From NCBI GenBank assembly GCA_027036135.1, contig JALVSY010000030.1, positions 246,222 through 310,221 of the forward strand: a DNA stretch of 64,000 nt. The letters are read 5' to 3'. The position numbers were made by a program, and so were the translations under genes. Origin of the DNA: Pyrodictiaceae archaeon (GTDB lineage: Archaea > Thermoproteota > Thermoprotei_A > Sulfolobales > Pyrodictiaceae). Shown piece by piece: positions 40,201 to 50,165 of the stretch (its first letter is position 1; each line of letters begins with the position of its first letter). The notes beneath the pieces were generated by a model. It was not told where the DNA came from, searched no databases, and saw nothing but the letters and a program-made list of their open reading frames with translations.

Positions 40201-40536
40201 CTATACGACAAATTGCGAAAGCGAAACCACAGCTGCGACTATAATTGCTAATACTAATTTATAGGCAATTGCTATGTCTGTTGCAACACCTAGATTAGTG
40301 AAGACGCCAATATTAAGGTAACTTTTTACAGCAATTGCTGTATCTGTATAGAAGAATACATTATCGCTTCCAGGATCAATTTCGATAGGAGTATGTACGT
40401 AATCATCTTTTCTGGTTTTCTCTATTTTCTCAATACTTTTCATTATATTATTTGATATTGTTGCGTACGGGTCAACATCGTATTCTATGTTAAGGCAGTT
40501 AAGATAATTACACTCATGAGTCTTCATATTGCTCAC
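40201..40536 (-). CDS. Putative RiPP precursor peptide
   Basis: Charged N-terminal leader; hydrophobic C-terminal core with 6-residue N/D periodicity. Confidence 0.6.
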   Translation of the reverse strand: MSNMKTHECNYLNCLNIEYDVDPYATISNNIMKSIEKIEKTRKDDYVHTPIEIDPGSDNVFFYTDTAIAVKSYLNIGVFTNLGVATDIAIAYKLVLAIIVAAVVSLSQFVV

Positions 40537-41065
40537 TCACCTTGTCTGCGTGATTTTGTTTAAGTCGTTTCTTAGTATTTTCATGTATCTTTCTAATTTT
40601 TTCATATTATACTTTTGAGCATTTATTATTATTAAATCTATTATTTCTTTATTATCTATTATATTATCACTTTTTAAATATAAGGATATATCTTCTACAA
40701 GGTACTCTAAATCATCGGCATAGGCCACTACAACGCTTTTCTCGTTCTCACTTATAACGGCCAAGAATGGCTCTACTAAGCCATTTATTATACCTTTAAA
40801 TGTATACGTCTGCGTTCTTACACTCTTTAAAGTTTTGCCATGTTTACTTATGTAAGTTTGTGTCACAACATACATTAATTTATGTGTTTCAAAGCTGTAT
40901 TCTTTAATGGTCTTTATGTTTGTCGTGATCTGCAGCTCACTTAAATTTTGGGGATTCATACTTCTTGCAATGCTAAATACAGGCGATAGTAAATGCATCA
41001 AGGAGGTCAGTAGAAGGCCGCTTATAAACTTTCGTCTTGATATATATATATATATCTGTCAACAT
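40537..41065 (-). CDS. Tat-signal secreted protein, out of frame in an (AT)8 tract
   Basis: SD GGAG + ATG 41065; SRRKFI + hydrophobic stretch is in frame with ORF 40537-41001 but one base off from the ATG. Confidence 0.65.
41040..41055. repeat. (AT)8 microsatellite
   Basis: Read directly. Confidence 0.95.
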
Positions 41066-41366
41066 TATCACTCTCCGTTCGTCTCCAAGTGGTTTGAGCA
41101 TTTATTTAAAAGCGTTACTTATATATGTTTGTTAACTAGATTTCTTCTAGTAGAGCAAGTTATCTTTAAAAGAGGGCTACTGTGTAACGTAGACCTTTAA
41201 AGTGATTCACTTAGTAGGAATATAATATAGTATCTAATTTCAGAATTGCTTAAAATGCTAGCTGGCGCTACGGAACCATAGGTAAATGGTATAATATGGC
41301 TAAGAATAGCAGGAATCGCTAAATAGCTTTGTAATAGGTTCGTGAGGCATTAAGGATGGTGTATAG

Positions 41367-42311
41367 ATGGTGTTGCTCGAGATATATAAGTTGACGAAGA
41401 TATATGATGACCGTGTTGTTGCTCTCCGGGATTTTAGCCTTGCTTATGATAGGGGGTCTTCTATAATTGTTCTTGTTGGTCCTAATGGTGCTGGGAAGAC
41501 TACTCTTCTTAGGATTCTTGCAGGTCAGCTTAGGCCTACTAGTGGTACTGCTAGGGTGTTTGGCTACGACCTTGTTAGGGATGTGGATAAGGTTGTTGGT
41601 GTTGTAGCGTTTCTTCCGCAGGGTATTCGTGCGCCTTTCTATAACCTTACGCCCTGGGACTATATTGTCTCGTATCTCTTGATCCGGGGGTATAGTCTAG
41701 GGGATGCGAGGCGTAGGGCTAGGGAGATGCTTGAGCTTTTCTCGCTAGAAGAGTACGCATCTGTCCCTGTCTCGAAGCTTTCTGGTGGGACTGTGAGGAG
41801 GGCTTTGATAGCTTCCGTCTTGGCTGACGAGAGTGCTGAGTTGTTCTTGCTTGATGAGCCTCTTCCAGGGCTTGATCCAAGGTCGAGGATGATATTTTGG
41901 AGTGTTATTCGCCGTGTTGTGAGGGATGGACGGCTTGCTATAGTATCTTCTCACTATACCGAGGACTTGCCGCTGGTAGCTGACTATGTTGTTGTGCTTA
42001 GTAGGGGTAAGAAGATAGCTGAAGGAAATCCCAGTAATGTGATAAGAGATGTGCTAGGGCCTTGTAGCTATAAGGTTATAATAAGAAGTCGTTACTCTAC
42101 AAACGGTACAAGTATTGAAAGCTCTATAGATGCTTTGAGAGAAAGTAGTAATGGTGTTTGCCGATTTGTGAGATTGGGCGAGGATACTGTTATCGTGTAT
42201 GCTAGTAGTCCTCAGCATGTTGTTAGTGTTGCCGAGTATTATGGCCTTGATGTTGAGGTTGCACCGGTAGGCCTTGGCGATATAGTGCTGGCCCTGGGTG
42301 AGAGGGGGTGA
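41367..42311 (+). CDS. ABC exporter ATP-binding subunit
   Basis: GPNGAGKTT, LSGG, LLDEP, SSH. Confidence 0.93.
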   Translation: MVLLEIYKLTKIYDDRVVALRDFSLAYDRGSSIIVLVGPNGAGKTTLLRILAGQLRPTSGTARVFGYDLVRDVDKVVGVVAFLPQGIRAPFYNLTPWDYIVSYLLIRGYSLGDARRRAREMLELFSLEEYASVPVSKLSGGTVRRALIASVLADESAELFLLDEPLPGLDPRSRMIFWSVIRRVVRDGRLAIVSSHYTEDLPLVADYVVVLSRGKKIAEGNPSNVIRDVLGPCSYKVIIRSRYSTNGTSIESSIDALRESSNGVCRFVRLGEDTVIVYASSPQHVVSVAEYYGLDVEVAPVGLGDIVLALGERG

Positions 42312-43039
42312 GGAGGCAGCTTCGCTCCCTATTCGGTCTTCTATACTTCTACTCCATGGCGTACATCCTGCGCTCTCCGCTATCAGTGCCGTTACTCGTT
42401 TTCCGTATGAGTGTTTTCGTGATACTATTAACCCTCGTTGGTGGCCACGAGTACGCTGTCTATGCGCTCTCAGGCGCCCTCGTTGCCCTGGCCTTCGGAG
42501 CTGGTCTCTCACAATTCTCGGTTGATATTAACGCGCTTAGAGTCTCGGGTTATAGGTACATACTGCTTACTGCACCGTTAGGGCCGGCTACCTTCGCTAT
42601 TGGGACGGCTCTCGGTATGAGTCTCTTATCATTTGTAGGATTAACGGTGTTCTTCCTACCATGGTACTATATTTGTCACCCGGGGCTCCAGGGGGTTCTT
42701 GAGCTTGGATTGGTTCTTGCACTAACGTGGCTTATAGGGCTCTCAATAGGCTTCCTACTATCAATCCTTATTAGGACACCGCATGTGCTCTTCAACGTCA
42801 CGGACACTGTTTACGCGCTACTAGTTTACCTAATGCCCGTATACTACCCGATAGAGCTACTTCCTCAATCACTAAGACCGCTAACACTAATATCGCCAGC
42901 CACGCACGCTGGCATCCTTGTTAGAGAAATAGCAGTAGAAGGCCACATAGTATCCCCATTAAACATGTACGTCATCATAGTCGTTGCTGCAGCGTTACTG
43001 GCACTAATATCGAGGATATCTAAGTGGAGAGAAGCCTAA
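42308..43039 (+). CDS. ABC-2 type permease
   Basis: Six TM helices, PVYYP..LLP..L. Confidence 0.88.
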   Translation: MRRQLRSLFGLLYFYSMAYILRSPLSVPLLVFRMSVFVILLTLVGGHEYAVYALSGALVALAFGAGLSQFSVDINALRVSGYRYILLTAPLGPATFAIGTALGMSLLSFVGLTVFFLPWYYICHPGLQGVLELGLVLALTWLIGLSIGFLLSILIRTPHVLFNVTDTVYALLVYLMPVYYPIELLPQSLRPLTLISPATHAGILVREIAVEGHIVSPLNMYVIIVVAAALLALISRISKWREA

Positions 43040-43423
43040 TAAGCACATCACAAAAGCAGTAAATGCGTCGATTTCTCTTAGTTTTAAGCCTATTTAGAAA
43101 TACACCATAGGTGTATAATGTAATTAGTGTTCTTGCAGGAATTAGTAGCTAGTGTATGGCGCGGCATCTTCAAGGGAACATTGAAGTGCCTTGGCCTCGG
43201 AGAGTAAAACATATTGGAATCATAATAATTGGAAAAGAATTCTGTAAAGATTTCTTAAAGATTGGCTCCTGTCTAGGAGAAGGCTGGAGATAAGGATTAA
43301 GTAAAGAGACCTTGTTCGTGGGCGTGATGTTTCAAATAATACACGATTTAGATGCAAGGAATATGGCTACTAAGAGAGCCGGATAGGAGCTCTGCGATAT
43401 TGTTTTTAATCCTACTTTAGCGC

Positions 43424-44188
43424 CTATATCGGTGTTCTTGTTATTTGCTTTATTTTCTCTAGGATTTTTTGAATTGCTTTTCCTGCTGGTGCTTCTATGT
43501 GTATGTCTGCTATGCTTGTTATTGGTGTTTTCTCTATGTTTATCTCTATTATCTTGGCTCCGTTCTCCTTGGCTATTGTTGGTATTAGTGCGGCTGGATA
43601 GACTACGCCGCTTGTCCCTATTACTAGGAGTACTCTTGCCTCCCGTGCTAGTTGTAGGGCTTGTCTCCATTCCTGCTCTGGTAGAGGTTCGCCGAACCAT
43701 ACTACGTCTGGGCGTAGTAGTGCTCCGCAGCGTGGGCATCTTGGTGGTATTTCGCGTGGTGGTTCCCTGAAGACCACTCGGTGGCCGCACTTTGTGCATC
43801 GTGCTCGCCATATGTTGCCGTGTAGCTCTACTAGGCATTGTTGCCCGGCTTCGCGGTGGAGGCCGTCAACGTTCTGTGTTATGACGCATCTTAGGAGGCC
43901 TAGTTTCTCTAGCTCTGCTAGTGCTAGGTGCGCGGGGTTTGGCCTAGCCCGGGCTATGATCTCCATTCTCCAGCGGTACCACTCCCATACTAGGCGTGGG
44001 TTCCTCTCGAAGGCCTCGGGTGTTGCTAGCTCTTCTGGGCGGAAGCGCTTCCAGAGCCCGTCTCTGCCCCGGAATGTGGGGACACCGCTCTCCGCCGAGA
44101 CGCCGGCCCCGGTGAAGGCTACTGTCTCGCCGCGTGCCTTGAGTATGAGCCTGGCGGCCCTCTCCGCTAGCTCGTCTAGAGTCTCCAA
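43424..44188 (-). CDS. cobB: NAD-dependent protein deacylase (sirtuin)
   Basis: [45 protein letters not shown]. Confidence 0.96.
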   Translation of the reverse strand: METLDELAERAARLILKARGETVAFTGAGVSAESGVPTFRGRDGLWKRFRPEELATPEAFERNPRLVWEWYRWRMEIIARARPNPAHLALAELEKLGLLRCVITQNVDGLHREAGQQCLVELHGNIWRARCTKCGHRVVFREPPREIPPRCPRCGALLRPDVVWFGEPLPEQEWRQALQLAREARVLLVIGTSGVVYPAALIPTIAKENGAKIIEINIEKTPITSIADIHIEAPAGKAIQKILEKIKQITRTPI

Positions 44189-44349
44189 CGCCCCTGGCCC
44201 CCAGGGGTAATCAAGATGTGTTTCACCGGGTATTAGGGGCTGGGCCTCCGCGGCGCCATTACCGCGTAAAAGCCCTCCCGGATGCCAGGGAAAGCATAGT
44301 GGTTTCTCCCGGGGAGGCGTGGTTTCCTAAGGGTGGAGGGGCTGGCTCG

Positions 44350-45006
44350 GTGATTATTCTTGGCCACAGGGCTAATACGCCGCGATGGATTCGCCGCTTC
44401 CTAGCCGAGGGAGCCGATGGCGTTGAGATGGATGTTTATTGTAGAGGTGGTGAGCTCTATGCGAGCCACTTGAGCCTCGTGGGGCGGGCGAGGCTGCTCC
44501 GGGAGAGAATAGCCTCGCTGCTCACCGGGCTACACCTTCTCGGCCCGTACCGGGCCAGGAACCTCCTAGCCCTCGTCCCCCAGGGCTCGCCGGTGATGCT
44601 TGACCTCAAGAGCAGGGTTAGCGAGGAGTGCCTCGCCGAGCTATCAGTGCTCGGCGAGAGCTACAAGGTCTATGTCTCTATACGAGACTATGACCTAGCA
44701 CCACGGCTCGCCGAGAAAGGGCTAAGCGTGCTACTCAGCATGGATCACCGCCCACTAGGGGTACTAGACGAGCTACGCGCAGCCAGTGCAGCCGGGGTAT
44801 CGATTAACAAGAGGTACCTCGACGAGGACCTAGCCAGGCTACTCCGCGGCCACGGCTACATAGTCGCGGCCTGGACAATTAATACAGCCGAGGAGGCGAT
44901 TAAAGTAAGCAGCATGGGGGCCGACATAATAGTCACTGATTACCCAGGGATTGCTAGGAGGGCGCTAAGAAGCCGAGCCAGCACCCCCAAGGAGGGGGAA
45001 TGGTAG
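44350..45006 (+). CDS. Glycerophosphodiester phosphodiesterase family protein
   Basis: GHRAN, GADGVEMDV, DLK, AWTIN, IVTDYP; GTG 44350. Confidence 0.85.
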   Translation: MIILGHRANTPRWIRRFLAEGADGVEMDVYCRGGELYASHLSLVGRARLLRERIASLLTGLHLLGPYRARNLLALVPQGSPVMLDLKSRVSEECLAELSVLGESYKVYVSIRDYDLAPRLAEKGLSVLLSMDHRPLGVLDELRAASAAGVSINKRYLDEDLARLLRGHGYIVAAWTINTAEEAIKVSSMGADIIVTDYPGIARRALRSRASTPKEGEW

Positions 45007-45109
45007 CCGGGCGGGGATTCGAACCCCGGTCACGGGGGTTCTCCCCACGGCCCCTGGGGGCCGCTAATGGGCCAGAGCCCCGCATCCTTGGCCGCTAGAC
45101 GACCCGGCT
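45001..45109 (-). tRNA. tRNA-Gln(CTG) with a 33-nt intron at 37/38
   Basis: AGCCGGG...CCCGGCT ACCA; BHB with CTCT/GGAG central helix. Confidence 0.95.
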
Positions 45110-45285
45110 ACCCAGGGGCTTCCCCAGGTAACTCATTACTACGTCTACCAGAGCCGGGGTTTTTTAGGCTTAGCTATGAAGGCGCGCTACTACACTAGTA
45201 TTATCGCTGATTAGCACCAGGCTCTTCGCTCCAGAGCCCCTTGTTCATGGAAGCACTGAAGTAGCTACTACCACCTATCTCTCAT

Positions 45286-45552
45286 TTGGGTCTTGTCTCC
45301 TTGCGCAGACTAGTAGCGTGGCAACAAGTCCTCGGAGACACAGATCCCGTAGTGGGCCTGCTAGCTCGCCACGGGTTCGGCGAGCTAGCTGCCAGCGTGC
45401 TCGCTAAGAGACTGCGACAACTCGCAGCACTATCTCTCAGCGATGATGAGGCAGAGGCCTACCTTGAGATACTATTACCTGGGGTTGATAAGAAGACATT
45501 GATGAAGGCATACGAGCTGGTGAAGAGAACCAGGGCCGCGCCGAGACACTAG
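45286..45552 (+). CDS. Hypothetical protein
   Basis: 88-aa ORF between two tRNAs; start uncertain. Confidence 0.45.
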   Translation: MGLVSLRRLVAWQQVLGDTDPVVGLLARHGFGELAASVLAKRLRQLAALSLSDDEAEAYLEILLPGVDKKTLMKAYELVKRTRAAPRH

Positions 45553-45650
45553 GCTCTTCCTAGCCCTGGACGAAAGAATGATAACCCCCAATGCTTAGCT
45601 AGGAGCAAGAATAACTCGGGGGCACACCCAAAGCCCCCCCCTTACGCGAT

Positions 45651-45769
45651 GCCGCCGTAGCTCAGCCCGGTTAGAGCGCCGGACTCATACGGGCGCCCCG
45701 GTCCACCGGAGTCGCCGGGGGCCCTGGGGGATCCGGTCGTCCCGGGTTCGAATCCCGGCGGCGGCACCA
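45651..45769 (+). tRNA. tRNA-Met(CAT), elongator type, with a 41-nt intron at 37/38 (45690-45730)
   Basis: GCCGCCG...CGGCGGC ACCA; CCGGA-CTCATA|intron|A-TCCGG. Confidence 0.95.
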
Positions 45770-45820
45770 CAAGGTAGGCCGGGAACCCCCTGGGCCCCTA
45801 CAATTCCTCTACCCGTTATC

Positions 45821-46741
45821 CTAGCATCCTTTGTAGGGGCTACGTATCCTCTGCTCCGCGATGTACTTAGCGAGGATAACCGCGTCCCTGGTCTCGGCTA
45901 CGTCGTGTGCGCGTATTATGTGGGCCCCGTTATAGACAGCTATTGCGGCAGCGGCTATGCTGCCCCATAGCCTATCTTCTGGGCGTTCTCGCCCAGTTAT
46001 GGCGCCTATGAAGGATTTCCGTGACGCCCCGACCAGTATGGGTTTGTTGAAGCTTCGTAGCACGTGTAGGTTCGCTAGTATAACTGAGTCCCACTGGTAC
46101 CAGGGCGGGTTCCTTGGCCTGAAGAACCCTATTGCTGGGTCAATTGCTATCTTCTCGTCGTCTATGCCGCTTCTCTTGGCGATCTCGATGCTCTCCCACA
46201 GGGCCTTCATGACCACTGCCAATGGGTTAGCGTTCTCGGGGACAAAGTCCTCGTGGGCAGCTATTATCACGGGTACACCGTACTCAGCTACAACGCGGGC
46301 CATCCCCTGGTCGGCCTTGAGGCCAGTAACGTCGTTGACGATGTCGGCGCCAGCTCTTAGTGCCTCCTCAGCGACCCGGGCAGAGAACGTATCGACCGAG
46401 ACAGGGGCCTTAACCGAGGTATTCTCCTTGATAATCCTGATCGCCGTCACGACCCTCCTAATCTCCTCCTCCAAGGGTATATCAGTCTCCTTGTAAGGAG
46501 CAGTAGAGCGGCCACCAACATCTATGAAGCTAGCCCCCAGCCGCTCAGCAGCCTCTGCACGCTCAGCTATCTCCTCGGCCCCCCGGGCCACGGAGCCCTG
46601 GTAAAACGACTCGGGGCTAACATTAATAACAGCCATAACCCTCGGGGGCTGGTCATCGCCTACAAGCACGCCTGCGATATTGGCCCTAATAGGCCTAAAA
46701 TAACTCCCAGTAACTGGCATCCCGGCCAAGACTTTTCCCAT
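45821..46741 (-). CDS. folP: Dihydropteroate synthase
   Basis: INVSPESF, DVGGRST.P, SVDTF, NDVTG, DPAIGF, SRKSFIG, RAHDV. Confidence 0.92.
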   Translation of the reverse strand: MGKVLAGMPVTGSYFRPIRANIAGVLVGDDQPPRVMAVINVSPESFYQGSVARGAEEIAERAEAAERLGASFIDVGGRSTAPYKETDIPLEEEIRRVVTAIRIIKENTSVKAPVSVDTFSARVAEEALRAGADIVNDVTGLKADQGMARVVAEYGVPVIIAAHEDFVPENANPLAVVMKALWESIEIAKRSGIDDEKIAIDPAIGFFRPRNPPWYQWDSVILANLHVLRSFNKPILVGASRKSFIGAITGRERPEDRLWGSIAAAAIAVYNGAHIIRAHDVAETRDAVILAKYIAEQRIRSPYKGC

Positions 46742-46821
46742 GTACTATAAGAGCTATGCCTAGTCCTCAGAGACTATAAAGGAAGTGCATTGGTACCGTG
46801 TTAGAGTATAGTGTGGCTTGC

Positions 46822-47292
46822 CTAAGCAGTAGCAGCTGACAGGGCCCGTGGCCTCTCCACGGAGCAGAAGACGCCGTCGCGTACAAGGTTCTCAACAAAT
46901 AAGCGGTACTCCTTGCGCCCAAGAAGATCAGCCATAAGCCCTGCACGCATCCATGCTGAGACACTCACACGGACCTTGCCCGGGCCCAGGCGCTCAACAA
47001 GAATCCTCATATAGAACTCGTACTTGGAGTCTGGCGTGCTCTCATAGATTATCTCTACACGGTTCCTCTCCGGCTTCCTCCTAACACGTAGCTTCACCGG
47101 ATAATACTTAGTCATGCCGAGCTTACGCCACCGGAAAACAACCTCGTAGACCTCTCCCTTCTCATCAAGCTTCCTAACGCGGTAAGTATACGGGCTAGCA
47201 GCGAAGAAGCTCACTGGGGAACATAGACAAGGGAAACATGCGGCAAAGTCGATATCCATCTTAGTGCTAAATTCATGCCTAAGAACCACCAC
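46822..47292 (-). CDS. SRPBCC/CoxG-like hypothetical protein
   Basis: Beta-rich body with a C-terminal helix; weak pattern. Confidence 0.45.
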   Translation of the reverse strand: MVVLRHEFSTKMDIDFAACFPCLCSPVSFFAASPYTYRVRKLDEKGEVYEVVFRWRKLGMTKYYPVKLRVRRKPERNRVEIIYESTPDSKYEFYMRILVERLGPGKVRVSVSAWMRAGLMADLLGRKEYRLFVENLVRDGVFCSVERPRALSAATA

Positions 47293-48370
47293 TGCTACAC
47301 CCGTGCTGAAGGAAGTACTTTTGTATCATATTTAGAGCTAATTTGGGCACGAGCACCAAAAACTATAATAACAACTGAAAATAGAAATAAATAATATAGG
47401 ATATTGTTAATTATATGTCTAGGGCAATAGTCTTGCATATTTATCTATGTTTATACTCAGGCAACTATATATTAAGAATTATATGCTATATCAAATAAAG
47501 TAGACATTCTTCTATAACTAGTAGCGACTCCTTATATATTTTCTATAAATAAGAATTTATCAATATATATGTACTAATAAATTCTAAGTAAAACACTACT
47601 GCTGATGTTTTTAATGAGTTCTCAGCGTAAAGAAAATGTACTCCTAAACCACGGCAATATGGAATAAGAAGCCCCGAGCCCGCAAAGTAGAGCAAAGAAT
47701 CTATGGCGGATTTATAACGGTCAAGGCATCCTCAATAATTGCTAGAGGATCTAATTTGTCTAATAGCTATTTAGGTATTGATTTCCTCTAGAAAAGAAGG
47801 CTCAGACAGGGCAAATACTTCTATTAGACCTCATTAGGCTCCAGAAAAGATATGGGATGACATATATCCGCGGCTCAACGAACCCACAGCTATACTGTAA
47901 CTTATATTACGAATCTTTTAGGATAAATGGTATTCTGTTTAAACTAAAGCCTAATTCAGTCTATAAACTCGACGTAAGATTTACCCCTCAAGATAATGGT
48001 GAAAACAAAGTCTATTTATACTTTGTTAGCTGAAGTATAGCATCGCTCTACAACATATTCATACCAAAAGACGAAGATAATCCTGGCTAGTCGGTAGGGT
48101 ATTCTCGAGGCTTATACAGCCGATGAAAAAGGAGCTACTCGAACTAGGTGGCAATACCGCTTTCAAGATAGAGGTAATCAACTGGCTAATAAAGTCATAG
48201 ATTTGGAAGACATGGTCTCATGCTTACGAATATGAGGGATAAATCATGAACACTACTATAATGTATCATATAATATATGGAAAAAGATGTAGATAAAACT
48301 ACTTAGGCAAGGAAAGGTATGCATAGAATATCAAGTAGGGAGTAAGCATTATACTTATGGTGAAAAAGGT

Positions 48371-49087
48371 TTGGTAAATCATACTACTGGTAAATCCTTT
48401 TATTCTGTGCTTGTCGTAGCTGTGGTAATAGTGGTTATTACTTCGATTCTAATAGTGTTCTATAACAAGTACGCCCACAGTAGCATCTCTTACTCGTCTC
48501 AACAAGCTAATACTAGCATAGCTACGAACAGTAGTATCTCCTCGCCTAGTACAAGTAACGAGTACCTAAGAATTTCCGGTGTGAATAGACACGAGTATGC
48601 CCTGGCTCTTAAGAATCTCAAATATATCCTAAATGAGGCCAGAAAGATGTATACTGAACTCGTTGAGAAAAATGAACCCTACATGATGAGCTTAGACAAC
48701 TTCTCCGAGATATTTATTGAAAAAGCCTCAATTATAAACGAGACCACTATTCGCATAGGCAACGAATCATACCGTTATGTCGTCTTTATGGTGTATAATA
48801 ACAAGAATAAATTCAGTTTCAGCCCCTCAAGGCTCGTGGTCAACGATATCGAAGTCCGGCTCTTGCCGAGAAACAAGTCAGTGACCTACACGGGTGGATT
48901 ACCCTATCACTACTTAATCAAGTATGAGGACAAGGTGTGCAGTGTGAAGTTCATTGAGATCGGTTTTGTCATAGCTACTAATAACTTGTTAGGCTCAACG
49001 ATTAAGCCGTGCAATGGCATTTATGTGGTGAGGCTATCAGTGAACAAAGGCGAAAATGAGGTATGGCTTGTCTTAATAAAACGGTAG
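48371..49087 (+). CDS. Membrane-anchored extracellular protein with a Ser/Thr linker
   Basis: N-terminal TM helix, S/T-rich stretch, several N-x-S/T sequons. Confidence 0.7.
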   Translation: MVNHTTGKSFYSVLVVAVVIVVITSILIVFYNKYAHSSISYSSQQANTSIATNSSISSPSTSNEYLRISGVNRHEYALALKNLKYILNEARKMYTELVEKNEPYMMSLDNFSEIFIEKASIINETTIRIGNESYRYVVFMVYNNKNKFSFSPSRLVVNDIEVRLLPRNKSVTYTGGLPYHYLIKYEDKVCSVKFIEIGFVIATNNLLGSTIKPCNGIYVVRLSVNKGENEVWLVLIKR

Positions 49088-49206
49088 GATATCTTCAGAT
49101 ACTAATTATCTAGCTAATAGCTTGGTGTCTTTGCTCAACGCGACGCTCCGGAGCCAGGGGTAACTTGAGTATCATATATAGGTAAAACTACTTAGAATTA
49201 CTTTTA

Positions 49207-49572
49207 TTATATATTCTTTTCTGATTTAATCTCTTCTAGGACTTCGCGTAGTACAACTGCGTTATTATGTTCTCTATCTTTAGCTGCGTAAAGAAGAGTT
49301 ATTACTCCATAGTGTTTCTCAAGCTCTATGAGCTTTCTGAGTAGTTCCTCTTTGTTCTTGAGTTCCTCTCTATACCTTTTCTTGAACTCTTCCCAGCGCT
49401 CCGGTTTATGCGAGAACCATTTCCTTAGCTCATTACTGGGAGCTATGTCTCTTAGCCAGAGATCTATCCTTGCCTTACTCTTAGGCAAGCCTCGCGGCCA
49501 TAGTCTATCAACTAAAATCCTATATCCATCGTCCTCGGAAGGAGGATCATATACCCTCTTCAGCTTTATCAA
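49207..49572 (-). CDS. DUF488 (YeaO-like) protein
   Basis: IKLKRVYD...[13 protein letters not shown]...APS.ELRKWF.H; TTG 49572. Confidence 0.92.
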   Translation of the reverse strand: MIKLKRVYDPPSEDDGYRILVDRLWPRGLPKSKARIDLWLRDIAPSNELRKWFSHKPERWEEFKKRYREELKNKEELLRKLIELEKHYGVITLLYAAKDREHNNAVVLREVLEEIKSEKNI

Positions 49573-49910
49573 TACATTACACCTATAACACCATTTCCCG
49601 CTAATACTTAGAAAATATTCCTCCCCACGAAGCAGTGTTAAACTCCACAAAGTGTTCGTTTCAAGCATACAGCACAAGGCAATGGATATTTTCCTCATCA
49701 ATACAGTACCTAAGGAATTTGACAGTAATGGTTGCCCCGCTCTGCTAGTGAATAAGAAAAGAAGATACAAAGGTAGCGACGATTATAAGAAGATATCATC
49801 CTTTCTCTACACTAGAAATTTTTCTCCTAGTTTAAGCCTCATTGGTTCTTCCCCGGATTGCTTAGGTGCTCTTTTGCAGGTTTCTCTCTATCTTGTTTAT
49901 GCTGTAATAA

Positions 49911-50165
49911 TTACTTATTTAACGTATTATTTTTCTGTTTTAGCTTATCCTTGGTTAGTATTGTTTTTATTAGTGCTTGTTTTATCTCTGGGTTCTTCCA
50001 CATTTCTTTGTCGGCTTCCCATGCCTTGATTAACCACTCGTCTCTCTGCTCAAACCACTTGGAGCCTAGCTTTTTCACCATTTCCGCTTCCCATTGGGCA
50101 TGGTGAATAACGTCTCTAAGGTTTCTTCTTCGCTCCTTCTCGGCTTCCTCAACGAGAGTGCTCAT
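49911..50165 (-). CDS. Small helical partner of the nucleotidyltransferase
   Basis: Overlaps the upstream gene stop; RNL..V...A.W motif. Confidence 0.6.
   Translation of the reverse strand: MSTLVEEAEKERRRNLRDVIHHAQWEAEMVKKLGSKWFEQRDEWLIKAWEADKEMWKNPEIKQALIKTILTKDKLKQKNNTLNK

Larger units (their letters stand above)
38450..43400. mobile_element. AT-rich, probably horizontally acquired radical-SAM/peptide/ABC cassette
   Basis: Abrupt drop in GC at ~38450, strongest over 38450-41350; no mobility gene seen. Confidence 0.5.

Noticed and set aside
40537-40539. Selenocysteine recoding of the in-frame TGA
   Set aside because: No SECIS seen, and Sec machinery is not known in this lineage
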